From Bryobacterales bacterium (GTDB lineage Bacteria; Acidobacteriota; Terriglobia; Bryobacterales; UBA6623), in NCBI GenBank assembly GCA_965203925.1, contig OZ241924.1, positions 768,629 through 832,628 on the forward strand: DNA of 64,000 nucleotides, given 5' to 3'. Below the pieces are notes generated by a model. The model did no database searches and was not told the origin of the DNA. It saw nothing but the letters and a program-made list of their open reading frames with translations. Made by a program: the position numbers and the translations under genes. Below are positions 10,570 to 20,937 of the stretch, piece by piece (the stretch's first letter is position 1; each line of letters opens with the position of its first letter).

Positions 10570-11193
10570 TCAGAAGCGGCGGATCATGGGCTTGAAGCCC
10601 TCCTGCTCCAAGCGCCGCTGGACGGCTGCCGCGCTCTCGGCCTCCTCGAACGGACCGACATAGACGCGAAGGAATCCGTCAGTCCCGTCGGCGTCGACGT
10701 GGGCTTGGAAGCCTTGGTTGCGCAGCCAATCGACCAACCCTTCGGCGTTGGAACGATTCTTCAGAGCGGCGACCTGGATCCGGATCCGTCCGGCCTCGGA
10801 CGCACTTATGGCCGGGCGCTGAACCGGCGGGGGCTGCGCATCGGCCTGCGGGACGGGAGCAGACTGCCCGCTCTCGGAGGCGGAGACCACCGGTCGTGGC
10901 TTCTGGCGATCAATGGCGGCCTGGGCAGCCTTTTCTATGGCCCTGGCCTTGGCGCGTTCCATCTCCTCCTCTTTGAGGAGTACGTCCGGGATCGGGACCT
11001 GACCGGTGTGATCGTCTGCCTTGCGCTCCAAGAACGCGAGGGGGCTCGACACTCCGCGCTGTGCCCGCTTGTGGCCGGCTTCGACGCCGACCAGGAAAGT
11101 TCCCGCCAGCGTAAAGGCGGCGGCCAAGAATGCCAAGAAGAGCTGCTTGGCTCCGAAGACGACCTCCACCGCATCGCCGGTGCGTCTCGCCAT
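10570..11193 (-). CDS. SPOR-domain (cell division, peptidoglycan-binding) membrane protein
   Basis: N-terminal TM segment, Pro/Ala linker, C-terminal IQVAALKNRSNAE...RVYVGPF SPOR motif. Confidence 0.8.
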   Translation of the reverse strand: MARRTGDAVEVVFGAKQLFLAFLAAAFTLAGTFLVGVEAGHKRAQRGVSSPLAFLERKADDHTGQVPIPDVLLKEEEMERAKARAIEKAAQAAIDRQKPRPVVSASESGQSAPVPQADAQPPPVQRPAISASEAGRIRIQVAALKNRSNAEGLVDWLRNQGFQAHVDADGTDGFLRVYVGPFEEAESAAAVQRRLEQEGFKPMIRRF

Positions 11194-11301
11194 CGGAGCG
11201 ATTCTAGCGCAGAACGTCGCGCTATGGGAGGGTTGCCCCGTTGGCGGCGGGCCTGGTCGGGAAGAATTGGGACGGTCGCCGAATTCCAGCCCCGGGCGAC
11301 G

Positions 11302-12084
11302 TCAGGCGTCGTCGGATGCCGAGGGGTCGCCATGGCGGGCGGCCCACTTCGCAATGCCCTTGAACAGGTCCACCGGAAGCGGCAGAACGATCGTGGTGTT
11401 CTTCTCGGCGCCAATCTCAGTGAGCGTCTGGAGATAGCGCAGCGTGATCGACGCAGGCTGCCCGCTCAGCTGGCGCGCAGCCTCCGTGAGCTTGGCTGCG
11501 GCCTGAAGCTCGCCGCCGGCATGGATGACCTTCGCGCGACGTTCGCGCTCGGCCTCCGCCTGCTTGGCGATCGCGCGGATCATCTGCTCCGGCAGGTCAA
11601 CATGCTTGACCTCAACCGCCTGAACCTTGATGCCCCACACTCCCGTCTGCTCGTCCAGCGTGGACTGGAGGCTTGCGTTTAGCCGCTCGCGCTCGCTCAG
11701 CAACTCGTCGAGCTCCGCCTCGCCAAGGACGGACCGCAGACGGGTCTGCGCCAGCTGCGAAGTCGCGTGGATGTAGTGCGCCACTTGCACGACGGCCTTG
11801 GAGGGATCCATGACCCGGAAGAACACCACCGCACTGACCTTGACCGTTACGTTGTCGCGCGTGACGACATCCTGCGACGGCACTTCCATCGTCTCCACGC
11901 GCAGCGGGACGCGCACCATCCGATCGATTGGGCGGAACACGAAGATGAGCCCCGGCCCCTTGGCATTGGGCAGCAGGCGGCCGAGCCGGAAGATCACGCC
12001 CCGCTCGTACTCGGCGAGAATCTTGATGCAGTTGAGAAGGTAGAGGGCCACGATTGCGGCCAGGATCATGGGGGCTAGGTCCAC
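11302..12084 (-). CDS. SPFH/stomatin-like (slipin) protein
   Basis: [47 protein letters not shown]. Lies directly downstream of nfeD, the usual pairing. Confidence 0.9.
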   Translation of the reverse strand: MDLAPMILAAIVALYLLNCIKILAEYERGVIFRLGRLLPNAKGPGLIFVFRPIDRMVRVPLRVETMEVPSQDVVTRDNVTVKVSAVVFFRVMDPSKAVVQVAHYIHATSQLAQTRLRSVLGEAELDELLSERERLNASLQSTLDEQTGVWGIKVQAVEVKHVDLPEQMIRAIAKQAEAERERRAKVIHAGGELQAAAKLTEAARQLSGQPASITLRYLQTLTEIGAEKNTTIVLPLPVDLFKGIAKWAARHGDPSASDDA

Positions 12085-12180
12085 AGCGGTTCTCCTTAGT
12101 CTGGGGCAGGGCGGCGCGGCCGCAGCCGGCCACTTCTGAGGATACTCCGAGGCCCGGTGCCGGGCAAACGCCCGGGCCCG

Positions 12181-13503
12181 CTATTGCGTTCCGGGCCCCG
12201 TCGAGTCGCGGACCGGCTCAACCTCAAGCCACATGCCATCGACCGCCAGCACGCGGACGGACTCCCCAGCGAGAGCGGCAGTGCTCGCGCGCGCGCTCCA
12301 GATCTCACCTTGGACGAACACCGTGCCCTCCGGATCGAGGGCCCTGCGCACCCGCGCCGTCTGGCCGACCATCGCCGCCGCCCCAGTAGCGGTCTTGATC
12401 CGGAACGAGCGAAGCGCGAGCTGCAGCAGGAACACCGAGATTGCAGCGAAGGGCAGCGTGATGGCGCTTGCCGTGACCCACCCGATCTGGAGCTCGGGTA
12501 CGTCGGAGTCGATCAGGATGACGATCCCAAGCACCATTGCGACCACGCCGCCCGCCGCCAGGATCCCGTTGACCGGAGTGAAAGCCTCGGCAACGAACAG
12601 GCCCACGGCCAGCACGATCAGGGCGGCTCCCGCGACGTTGATCGGAAGCAGGGTGATGGCCATCAGGCCCACGATGAGCAGGATCCCGCCCGCCACCCCG
12701 GGAAAGATCAGCCCGGGGTTCGTGAATTCGACGTAGATCCCTGCGGCCCCGAGAACCAGCACAAGCAGCGCAAGGCTGGGGTCCACAAGAGGGAGCAGGA
12801 CCCGCTGGCGAAGGTTCGGGACGTACGTGCGCACTGTCGCGCCGTCCAGGTCGAGGACCTCCTCGCGCCCGTCGAAACGGGTGATCGTGCGCCCATCGAC
12901 CTGTCGCAGCAAGTCGCTGACGTCGGTCGCGATGACCTCGATCAGCTCAGACTCCAATGCGTCCTCCTCGGTGAAGGAGGAACTCTTCAGCACGGCGTCG
13001 GTGGCAAGCTTGCTGTTGCGGCCGCGCTTGTCGGTTACGGCCCGCAGCGACGCAGCCGTATCATTCTCGACCTTCGCCTTCATCACTCCCTCCAGCTCGC
13101 CGCCGAGCGCGAGGACCGGATGCGCAGCCCCCGTGTTCGTGCCGGGCGCCATGGCCGCGATGTCGGCAGAGACGAGGATGATGAAACCCGCGGACGCGGC
13201 GTGGCCGCCGCTGGGGGAAACGTAGGCGATCACGGGCACGGGAGAAGCCAAGATCGCCTGGACGATCTCATTGGTCGTGCCCAGGAGTCCTCCGGGCGTG
13301 TTGATCCGCAGCACGACCGCGCGGTCCCCGACGCGGGAGGCCTCCGTCAGGCTGTCACGCACGATCTCGCCGGTCAGCGGATGGATGACTGTGTCCACGT
13401 CGACCAGCAGGACCTGAGTGTTGGGGGCCTGCGCCACGCCAACGGCAAGGCAGGCGAGAGCGGCCAGCAGCGCTGATCTCGATCTCGAGGCCGTTGGGAG
13501 CAT
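12181..13503 (-). CDS. nfeD: NfeD-family membrane-bound ClpP-class protease
   Basis: INTPGG, AASAG, MAPGTNTGAAHP, TM bundle, C-terminal OB fold (GTVFVQGEIWSAR). Start uncertain (13503-13551). Confidence 0.88.
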   Translation of the reverse strand: MLPTASRSRSALLAALACLAVGVAQAPNTQVLLVDVDTVIHPLTGEIVRDSLTEASRVGDRAVVLRINTPGGLLGTTNEIVQAILASPVPVIAYVSPSGGHAASAGFIILVSADIAAMAPGTNTGAAHPVLALGGELEGVMKAKVENDTAASLRAVTDKRGRNSKLATDAVLKSSSFTEEDALESELIEVIATDVSDLLRQVDGRTITRFDGREEVLDLDGATVRTYVPNLRQRVLLPLVDPSLALLVLVLGAAGIYVEFTNPGLIFPGVAGGILLIVGLMAITLLPINVAGAALIVLAVGLFVAEAFTPVNGILAAGGVVAMVLGIVILIDSDVPELQIGWVTASAITLPFAAISVFLLQLALRSFRIKTATGAAAMVGQTARVRRALDPEGTVFVQGEIWSARASTAALAGESVRVLAVDGMWLEVEPVRDSTGPGTQ

Positions 13504-13681
13504 ACTCAGCATCAGTGTAGCGGCATTCCGGAAGGATGAGACCGATTCCACGCCGCATTTGCCGAAGCAGGTGGCGCGGAGATCGGTGCCCCGGCCTGAC
13601 GTCTCCGCACGAGCAAGCCTTCCGGCTCAGGATCTCATCGGCGGATGTGCGCGGCCGCGAGCCGGTCGCATTGAATGTAGG

Positions 13682-15619
13682 ATGGTCAGGGCGGTGCTCC
13701 GGTTGCGACCCGGCAGGCTAGTGGCGGCCCTCGGGCTCGCGGCCGGTACAGCAGCACTGCTCTGGACCTCGCGTGGCCTTGCTCCGGGCTTGGCCGGTGC
13801 GGCCTGGCTGGCGCTGGTCACGGCGTCGGCGCTCGGCGCCGTCTTGCTGTCGCGGGTCATCTTCTTCTTGGGCAGGCAGCTTGCCAAGAAGCTGCTGTGG
13901 AGGGTCCGCCACAGGATGGTGGCGGTCTTCTTGCTCGTCGGTTTCCTGCCCGTCTCGCTGGGAGCGCTGATCGTGGCATGGGGCCTGCTGCTGCTGTTCG
14001 GACCTCTAGCGGCACACACGGTTTCGACGGACTTCCTCAGGCAGGCCGAGCGGGTGGCAGCGGTGGCAAAGCCGCTGCTGTGGCAGCTCGAGGACCTCCC
14101 GCCCGCTGAGCGGCTGGCCTTTGCGAAACGCTTCCACGGACGCGCTAGCCGCTCCATTCCGGGCCTGCTGCTGGACGTTCGCCTCGACGGGCTGGAGGCG
14201 TTGATCCCGGAAGAGGCTTGGAGAGGCTTGGAGAGGCCCGCCGATCCGCCCGCCGGGGAAGTCCTGTTGCGCAGAGGGGACACGCTCTTCCTGGCCGCCA
14301 CCGCCCGAGAGGCCTCCGGGCTGGGGCGCGTACTGGCCCTGGTGCCAGGCCGGACCGAGGACATCACAGCAACGAATCCCAGCCTCAGGCTGCGGGAGGT
14401 CGCCCCCCGAGCGGATCCGCCGGCCGCGGAAGGATCGGACCTGCCGCCCGCGGCAAATGCCCTAGACTGGCTGGTCCGCTGGCCCATCCAAGCGGAATTC
14501 ACGGACTGGGCAAGCGGGGACACGGTGAGGGCTACCTACCTCCTGCAGACGCGGCCCTTCGCGCTGTGGCAGCGAATCTTCGGCCAAGAGACCGATCTGA
14601 CGATGGGGATCTTCACGTTCTTCGGCATCGGCCTGGTCGCGACATTCGCGCTGAACTTGCTGCTGTCGCTATTCGTCGCCACGTCGATCACGCGCACGAT
14701 GACGCGCGCCGTGAACGACCTGTACGTGGGCACCCGCCGAGTCAATCGCGGGGATTTCAGCCACCGCATCTCCATCGCCGGCTCCGACCAGATCAGCGAT
14801 CTCTCGCGGTCCTTCAACACGATGACCGCCTCGCTGGAGGGGCTCATCGAGGAGTCCAAGCAGCGCCAGCAGCTGGAGGCGGAGCTGGAGATCGCGCGCG
14901 AAGTACAAGCCCGGCTATTTCCATCCACCGTGCCGGCGGTCGAGGGCATTCAGGTGTTGGGCGTGTGCCGTCCGGCGCGCGTCGTTTCCGGGGACTTCTA
15001 CGACTATCTCGAACCCCGCGAAGGCCTGCTCGCGGTCACCTTCGGAGACGTGTCGGGCAAGGGGATCTCGGCCGCCTTGGTGATGGCCTCGCTGCACTCC
15101 GCGATTCGCGCCCATCTGGGGGAGATCGCCAGGGCCGGGGCCCAGGGGCTTGGACCGGCAATCGAGCGGATCGTCGGCCGCGTGAACGCTCACATGTTCG
15201 CGAGCACAGCGTCCAATAAGTTCTCCACGCTGCTGTTCGCGGCCTACGACTCCGCAAGAAGCACGCTGGTGTACTGCAATGCCGGCCACCTGCCGCCCCT
15301 GCTCGTCCGCCGCGGCGAGGTCAGCGCGCTTGAGGTCACTGGCATGGTCCTAGGAGCCCTCGAAGGAGTCGGATTCGGCGCGGCGCACGTGACACTCGAA
15401 CCGGGAGACCTGCTGGCGCTCTACACGGACGGGCTGACCGAGCCGGAAGATCCGTCCGGGCAAGAGTTCGGGGAGACTAGGCTCCAAGAGGCCCTCTTGA
15501 GGCGCAGCAGCCAGCCGCCGGCAGCGATCGTCGAGGGCGTGATGGACGACGTGCTGCAATGGACCGGGGCGAAGACCCTGCATGACGACATGACCATGCT
15601 GGTCGTGCGGAGAACCTAA
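13682..15619 (+). CDS. Membrane HAMP + SpoIIE/PP2C-type Ser/Thr phosphatase
   Basis: Several TMs, HAMP region (GDFSHRI...DQISDLSRSFNTM), ELEIAREVQARL, VSGDFYD, GDVSGKG, NAGHLPP, YTDGLTE, DDMT. Confidence 0.88.
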   Translation: MVRAVLRLRPGRLVAALGLAAGTAALLWTSRGLAPGLAGAAWLALVTASALGAVLLSRVIFFLGRQLAKKLLWRVRHRMVAVFLLVGFLPVSLGALIVAWGLLLLFGPLAAHTVSTDFLRQAERVAAVAKPLLWQLEDLPPAERLAFAKRFHGRASRSIPGLLLDVRLDGLEALIPEEAWRGLERPADPPAGEVLLRRGDTLFLAATAREASGLGRVLALVPGRTEDITATNPSLRLREVAPRADPPAAEGSDLPPAANALDWLVRWPIQAEFTDWASGDTVRATYLLQTRPFALWQRIFGQETDLTMGIFTFFGIGLVATFALNLLLSLFVATSITRTMTRAVNDLYVGTRRVNRGDFSHRISIAGSDQISDLSRSFNTMTASLEGLIEESKQRQQLEAELEIAREVQARLFPSTVPAVEGIQVLGVCRPARVVSGDFYDYLEPREGLLAVTFGDVSGKGISAALVMASLHSAIRAHLGEIARAGAQGLGPAIERIVGRVNAHMFASTASNKFSTLLFAAYDSARSTLVYCNAGHLPPLLVRRGEVSALEVTGMVLGALEGVGFGAAHVTLEPGDLLALYTDGLTEPEDPSGQEFGETRLQEALLRRSSQPPAAIVEGVMDDVLQWTGAKTLHDDMTMLVVRRT

Positions 15620-16644
15620 TGCGCTTCTACAGGCGGGTGAGGCCGTTCGGCCGCCTGACGCTGCTAGTTGGCGCAACCTTGCTCCCATTCACGCTGGGCA
15701 CGGCCGGGTTTCATCTCATCGAGGGCACCGACCTGTTCGAGAGCTTTTACATGACGCTGATCACGCTGACCACGATCGGCTACGGGGAGACGATCGAACT
15801 GAGCAGGACAGGCCGCTACTTCAACTCCGCCCTGATCATGCTCGGGTTCGTCGTCACGTTTGTCGCGGTCGGCGTACTGGCCGAGTACCTGATCTCGTAC
15901 CGGATTCTGGAGCGCATCCGAGAGGGGGCAGAAAAGCGCATGTTGCGAAGGATGGTGGGACACTACATCATTTGCGGGCTGGGCCGCGTCGGGCTGGGGG
16001 TGCTGGACCAGTTACGGAAGGAGAAGACCAAGGTCGTCGTGATCGACCAGTCTGGCGGGGAAGAGAAGGCCTCCCATAGAGAGATCGAGGTGCCCATGCT
16101 CACCGAGGACGCCACTGTGCCGGAGACCCTGGAACTGGCTGGCGTCCGGTCTGCAAACGGGCTGGTGGCGGCCCTCTCCAGCGATGCCGACAACGTCTAC
16201 ATAACGCTCTCCGCGCGGGTGCTCAACCCGGGCATCCGCATTGTGGCGCGGGCATCCACGACAGACGCCAAGAATCGGCTGTTGCAGGCAGGGGCGAATC
16301 GGGTAGTGATGCCGTACACCGCCACGGGGAGGCGGCTGGCCCAAGCGCTGCTGCGGCCGAACTCGTCAGACTTCCTCGAGATCGGCGGATCCCCCGCCGA
16401 TGGCGAGCAACGGCTGGAGATGGGCGAGTGCCACGTCCGCGGTGGCAGTGAGCTGGTCGGCAAGACGCTGGAGGCGGCAAACCTGCCGGGTGACTTCGGC
16501 CTGATCCCCCTCGCGCTGTCCAAAGGTGGCAGCCCACCGGAGTTCAATCCGCCGCCCGGCTCGCTGCTTTCAGAGGACGACGTGCTGATCGTGGTCGGCC
16601 CAAGGGAGAGCATCGACCGCCTAGTCCCGGGGTGGCGGCGGTGA
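15619..16644 (+). CDS. Potassium channel with TrkA-N/TrkA-C (RCK) domains
   Basis: Selectivity filter TLTTIGYGE, HYIICGLGRVG RCK motif, DADNVYITLSAR, C-terminal RCK-C. Confidence 0.87.
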   Translation: MRFYRRVRPFGRLTLLVGATLLPFTLGTAGFHLIEGTDLFESFYMTLITLTTIGYGETIELSRTGRYFNSALIMLGFVVTFVAVGVLAEYLISYRILERIREGAEKRMLRRMVGHYIICGLGRVGLGVLDQLRKEKTKVVVIDQSGGEEKASHREIEVPMLTEDATVPETLELAGVRSANGLVAALSSDADNVYITLSARVLNPGIRIVARASTTDAKNRLLQAGANRVVMPYTATGRRLAQALLRPNSSDFLEIGGSPADGEQRLEMGECHVRGGSELVGKTLEAANLPGDFGLIPLALSKGGSPPEFNPPPGSLLSEDDVLIVVGPRESIDRLVPGWRR

Positions 16645-18206
16645 GGCGTGTGCTCAGCGCCGCCGAAATGCGGGAGGCGGACCGCGCCACGATCGAGGAC
16701 CGCGGAGTCGACAGCCTAGTGCTCATGGAGAGCGCAGCCGCCGCAGTGACCCGCTCCATCGCGGCCATGTCCCGTTGCCTGTCCGAAGAAAAGATCCTGG
16801 TGCTGTGCGGAAAGGGCAACAACGGAGGCGACGGCCTCGCGGTCGCTCGCCAGCTGTTGCTGCTGCACCCGGCGCCGGACCTGCATGTCGCACTGCTCGC
16901 CGCGCCCGAGTCGCTCTCTCCCGACGCGCTGGCGAACTGGCGGATGCTCGAGGCGCAGGACTTCCGGGCCAGCGCGGCGCCTACCCTCAGAGAGTGGTCG
17001 GATCTGCTGCCTGCCGTCTCCGACGCGACGCTGATCGTCGACGCAATCCTCGGAACGGGAATCAAAGGGGCGCCCAGGGGGCTGGCCGCACGCGTCATCG
17101 GCGACGTCAACGGGAGCTTTCGGAGCGCCAAGGTCATCGCCGTCGACATGCCCTCAGGCCTGCCCAGCGACAGCGGGCTCGCGCCGCCGGGGCCGGTGAT
17201 GCGAGCGGATCGGACCGTGACGTTCACTGCCCCGAAGGTGAGCCAAGTCCTGCCGCCGGCATGCGAGCTCGCAGGGACGCTCTCAGTGGCTCGCATCGGC
17301 ACGGCGAACTCTGTGCTGGACGCGCTGCCCGGCCCGCGCCTCTTGCTTTCCGGCCCCGAGGACGCCCGCCCATACACTGCCCGGCGCGACCGGTCCTCCC
17401 ACAAGGGCACCTTCGGTCATGTGTTGGCGATCGGCGGGTCGCGTTCGAAGCCGGGCGCGATCCTGATGGCCGGAATGGCCGCGCTGCGCGCGGGGGCCGG
17501 GCTTGCCACGGTTCTCACGGCGGAATCGGCGGCGCATGCCTTGACGGCGCACACGCCGGAGCTGATGCTGGAGCCGGCCAAGACCCTTGCGGACGGCACG
17601 CTGGGAGCGGACGCTCTCGAGCCAAGCGTGTTCTCCGGCAAGACTGTCGTGGCCATGGGACCCGGGCTGGGCACGGGCGCGGCCAATGTGGAACTCGCGG
17701 CCAAAGTGATCGAGTCCTGCCCGCTGCCGCTGGTGATTGACGCGGACGGATTGTCGGCAGTGAGGGGGGCGCACATCCAGAAGCGAACGGCGCCTACGGT
17801 CCTGACGCCGCACCCGGGCGAGATGGCCCGACTGGCAGGCATGGAGACTTTGGCCGTGCAGCGCAACCGCCCGGCCGTCGCAAGGCGGGTGGCGCGGGAG
17901 TGCGGGGCGCACGTCGTGCTGAAAGGCAACCGGACCCTGATCGCCGATCCCGACGGCGACCTGGTGGTCAATCCCACGGGCACTCCGGGAATGGCGACCG
18001 CCGGCTCGGGGGACATCCTGACGGGGATCCTCGCGGCCCTGCTGGCCCAGTTCCCTCGGCGCCGGACCCTGGAAACGGTATCGGCAGGGGTCTACTTGCA
18101 CGGGCTGGCGGGGGAGATGGCGGTGCGCGACTTCGGTGAGCAAGGCATGCTGGCGACAGATCTGGCCCGCAGCCTGCCGGCCGCTGCGGAGGCCTTGGGA
18201 CGGTGA
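16632..18206 (+). CDS. nnr: Bifunctional NAD(P)H-hydrate epimerase/dehydratase (YjeF/Nnr)
   Basis: LCGKGNNGGDG, VDAILGTG, AVDMPSG, SHKGTFG, GPGLG, VIDADG, LTPHPGEM, GMATAGSGDILTG. Confidence 0.92.
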   Translation: MAAVRRVLSAAEMREADRATIEDRGVDSLVLMESAAAAVTRSIAAMSRCLSEEKILVLCGKGNNGGDGLAVARQLLLLHPAPDLHVALLAAPESLSPDALANWRMLEAQDFRASAAPTLREWSDLLPAVSDATLIVDAILGTGIKGAPRGLAARVIGDVNGSFRSAKVIAVDMPSGLPSDSGLAPPGPVMRADRTVTFTAPKVSQVLPPACELAGTLSVARIGTANSVLDALPGPRLLLSGPEDARPYTARRDRSSHKGTFGHVLAIGGSRSKPGAILMAGMAALRAGAGLATVLTAESAAHALTAHTPELMLEPAKTLADGTLGADALEPSVFSGKTVVAMGPGLGTGAANVELAAKVIESCPLPLVIDADGLSAVRGAHIQKRTAPTVLTPHPGEMARLAGMETLAVQRNRPAVARRVARECGAHVVLKGNRTLIADPDGDLVVNPTGTPGMATAGSGDILTGILAALLAQFPRRRTLETVSAGVYLHGLAGEMAVRDFGEQGMLATDLARSLPAAAEALGR

Positions 18207-18628
18207 CCTTCCGGACGCGGTCTGCGGAGGAGACAGTGGCCTTGGGGGCCCGCGTGGCGGAACTCGTGCGGGCGCCAGCGCAGATCCTCCTGATCGGGGA
18301 TCTGGGAGCCGGGAAGACGACACTTGCCAAGGGCATCATCGAGGCGCTGGGCGCCGCTCGCGGCGAGGACGTGCTTAGCCCGACGTTCTCCCTGGTCCGC
18401 GAATATCGCGGAGACCCGAAGGTCTACCACTTGGACCTCTACCGGCTCGACACCGTGCCTGAGGTCGAGACCCTCGGGCTGGAAGACATCTGGGACGAGC
18501 GCGCCGTTGTGCTCGTCGAATGGGGAGAGCGGTTCGAATTGGACCTGCCCGGCCAGCGGGTAGAGGTCCGTCTGGGGTTTGAGGGTGAGGGTGCCAGACG
18601 GATCGAGATCCGGGGAGACTCGGTATAA
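18203..18628 (+). CDS. tsaE: tRNA threonylcarbamoyladenosine biosynthesis ATPase
   Basis: GDLGAGKTT, SPTF, YHLDLYRL, VEWGE. Follows nnr, a conserved neighbourhood. Confidence 0.93.
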   Translation: MTFRTRSAEETVALGARVAELVRAPAQILLIGDLGAGKTTLAKGIIEALGAARGEDVLSPTFSLVREYRGDPKVYHLDLYRLDTVPEVETLGLEDIWDERAVVLVEWGERFELDLPGQRVEVRLGFEGEGARRIEIRGDSV

Positions 18629-18629
18629 T
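18624..18629 (+). promoter_or_regulatory. Possible sigma70 -10 element for ruvAB
   Basis: Perfect TATAAT overlapping the tsaE stop, about 20 nt upstream of the ruvA ATG, in a GC-rich background. No convincing -35. Confidence 0.3.
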
Positions 18630-18647
18630 TCCCCCGTCCGGCCACCG

Positions 18648-19238
18648 ATGATCGCAACGCTGCGCGGTAGAATCGCCGACAAGCAGGCCGGGAAGGTCGT
18701 TGTCGACGCGGGAGGCGTGGGCTACGAGGTTTCGGTCCCGGTGGAGACCTACTCGCACTTGGGCGAGCCAGGCGAGGAGGCTTTCCTGCACGTGCACACG
18801 CACATGCGCGACGCCGCGATCTCGCTGTTCGGTTTCCACAACCCACGGGACAAGGGACTCTTCGAGAAGTTCATCGAAGTCAGCGGCGTCGGGCCCAGGC
18901 TGGCGCTCACCCTCCTCTCGGGGCTCTCGACGAACCAGCTGCTGGGCGCGATCCGCACGGGCGACACAAAGGCCCTTATCCGCATACCGGGGGTCGGCAA
19001 GAAGACCGGCGGGCGCATCATACTTGAGCTGAAGGACAAGCTGGATGCTTTCGGGGACGCCGCAGAGGAAGGTGCCGGAGGTGCCGCGGCGGTGGAGGAA
19101 GAGGTGATCAGCGTGCTGGTCGGCCTAGGCTCCAAGGCGGACGCCGCCGCGCGGGCGGTGCGAGCGGCGCGGCGGAAGGGCGCGCCCGCGGAATTTGAGA
19201 GGCTCTTCCGCGAGGCGATGCAGCTCATCAAGCGCTAG
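18648..19238 (+). CDS. ruvA: Holliday junction branch migration protein RuvA
   Basis: MIATLRG, GGVGYEV, VSGVGPRLAL, IPGVGKKT, IILELKDK. Start moved to ATG 18648. Confidence 0.93.
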   Translation: MIATLRGRIADKQAGKVVVDAGGVGYEVSVPVETYSHLGEPGEEAFLHVHTHMRDAAISLFGFHNPRDKGLFEKFIEVSGVGPRLALTLLSGLSTNQLLGAIRTGDTKALIRIPGVGKKTGGRIILELKDKLDAFGDAAEEGAGGAAAVEEEVISVLVGLGSKADAAARAVRAARRKGAPAEFERLFREAMQLIKR

Positions 19239-19250
19239 CGGTCCCCACCG

Positions 19251-20288
19251 ATGGCCAAGACCAGGATCGTAAGCGCGGCCGCGTCGGAGGAGGATCGCTC
19301 GGTCGACCTCGCGCTGAGGCCGCGCCGCCTGTCCGAGTTCATCGGGCAGACGGCGGTCAAGGAGAACCTCTCGATCGCCATCGAGGCCGCACGAAAGCGC
19401 GGCGAGGCTTTGGACCACGTCCTGCTGTACGGACCGCCGGGCCTCGGGAAGACCACGCTCGCGACGATCATCGCGAACGAGATGGAGGTTCGAGCGGGCT
19501 TCACCTCAGGGCCCGTGCTGCAGAAGAAGCTCGACCTGACAGGAATGCTGACCAGCATGCAGGAGCGGCAGGTGTTCTTCGTCGACGAGGTGCACCGCCT
19601 GCTGCCGGATGTGGAGGAGATGCTGTACGCGGCCTTGGAGGACTTCCGCGTGGATCTGATTGTGGGAACCGGGCCCGGCGCGCGCATGCATTCGATTCCC
19701 GTGGCTCGCTTCACGGCGGTCGGCGCAACGACCCGCCAAGGACTGATCAGCGGGCCGCTGCGTTCGCGCTTCGGAATCACGCTGCGCATCAACCCCTACG
19801 ACGCGGTCGACCTGACGCGCATTGTGTTCCGGTCGGCGGAGCTTCTCAGGGTGCAGATCGACGAGGAGGCGGCGACCGAGATCGCGCAGAGGTCGCGCGG
19901 AACGCCGCGCATCGCGAACCGCCTCCTGCGCCGTGTCCGGGACTACTCTCAGGTTCGGGCCGACGGACGGGTGGACCATGACGTTGCCTGCACGGCGCTG
20001 GACATGCTCGAGGTCGACCCTCTCGGCCTGGACGAGATCGACCGCCGGATCATGCAAACGATACTCTCAAAGTATGCCGGAGGGCCGGTCGGGCTAAACA
20101 CGCTGTCCGCGTCAGTCGGCGAGGACCGCTCCACCATCGAAGAGGTCTACGAGCCCTACCTGATGCAACTCGGTTTTCTGGACCGCACCAGCCGCGGGCG
20201 TGTCGGCACGGAGAACGCCTTCGAGTACTTCAATCTGCCGTCGCCGCGAGGGGCCCAGCCCCTGCTCGACTTCGGGAGAGGGACGTGA
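19251..20288 (+). CDS. ruvB: Holliday junction branch migration helicase RuvB
   Basis: LRPRRLSEFIGQ, GPPGLGKTTLA, DEVHRL, ATTRQG, PLRSRFG, SRGTPRIANRLLRRVRD, VYEPYL. Confidence 0.96.
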   Translation: MAKTRIVSAAASEEDRSVDLALRPRRLSEFIGQTAVKENLSIAIEAARKRGEALDHVLLYGPPGLGKTTLATIIANEMEVRAGFTSGPVLQKKLDLTGMLTSMQERQVFFVDEVHRLLPDVEEMLYAALEDFRVDLIVGTGPGARMHSIPVARFTAVGATTRQGLISGPLRSRFGITLRINPYDAVDLTRIVFRSAELLRVQIDEEAATEIAQRSRGTPRIANRLLRRVRDYSQVRADGRVDHDVACTALDMLEVDPLGLDEIDRRIMQTILSKYAGGPVGLNTLSASVGEDRSTIEEVYEPYLMQLGFLDRTSRGRVGTENAFEYFNLPSPRGAQPLLDFGRGT

Positions 20289-20905
20289 CGAAGATCGGCC
20301 ACTACGTCGCGATCGAAGGCCCCCTGCGCGTCGGCAAGACGACTCTGGCGACGGCGCTCGCCGACCGGGCGCACGGTAGGCTGCTGCTCGACGAGACGGC
20401 GAATCCTCACTTGGCGGGCTTCTACATGGGCCGGCCGGGGGCGGCCTTCCGGGCGCAGATGCACTTCCTGATGAGGCGCTACGCCCTATGCGCGGAGGCG
20501 CACATCGAGACATCGAAGCTTCCCGTCGTATCCGATTACCTGTTCGAGCGCGACAAGCTCTTCGCCTACCTCAATCTGGACGACGACGAGGTTGCGATCT
20601 ACGACTCGTACTACGAGCACCTGCGCCCGCAGATTCCCACGCCCGGAATGGTGGTCTACATCCGGGCGACGCCCCAACTGCTGCGCGAGCGGCTGGCGTC
20701 CGGGCCCGAAGCGCGAGTGTCGGACGCCTATCTGGAGGCGACCGTCCGAGCTTACGACCACTTCTTCGACCGCTACCCGGCTTCCGACCTGCGCGTGGTG
20801 GAGGTCTCCGAGGCCGACCTGCTGAACAATCCCAAGGACCTGCACAGCTTGGTGGACGAGCTAGCGGAGCTCCCGATCGGCGGCCAAGCGCTGCTGCCGC
20901 TCTGA
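20285..20905 (+). CDS. Deoxynucleoside kinase family protein
   Basis: AIEGPLRVGKTTLA, Q-x-x-FL (RAQMHFL), DYLFERDKLFA, YxxYF-like end (YDHFF). Confidence 0.82.
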   Translation: MTKIGHYVAIEGPLRVGKTTLATALADRAHGRLLLDETANPHLAGFYMGRPGAAFRAQMHFLMRRYALCAEAHIETSKLPVVSDYLFERDKLFAYLNLDDDEVAIYDSYYEHLRPQIPTPGMVVYIRATPQLLRERLASGPEARVSDAYLEATVRAYDHFFDRYPASDLRVVEVSEADLLNNPKDLHSLVDELAELPIGGQALLPL

Positions 20906-20937
20906 GAGGCGGACGGCGAGGCGTGGGATAAGGAACC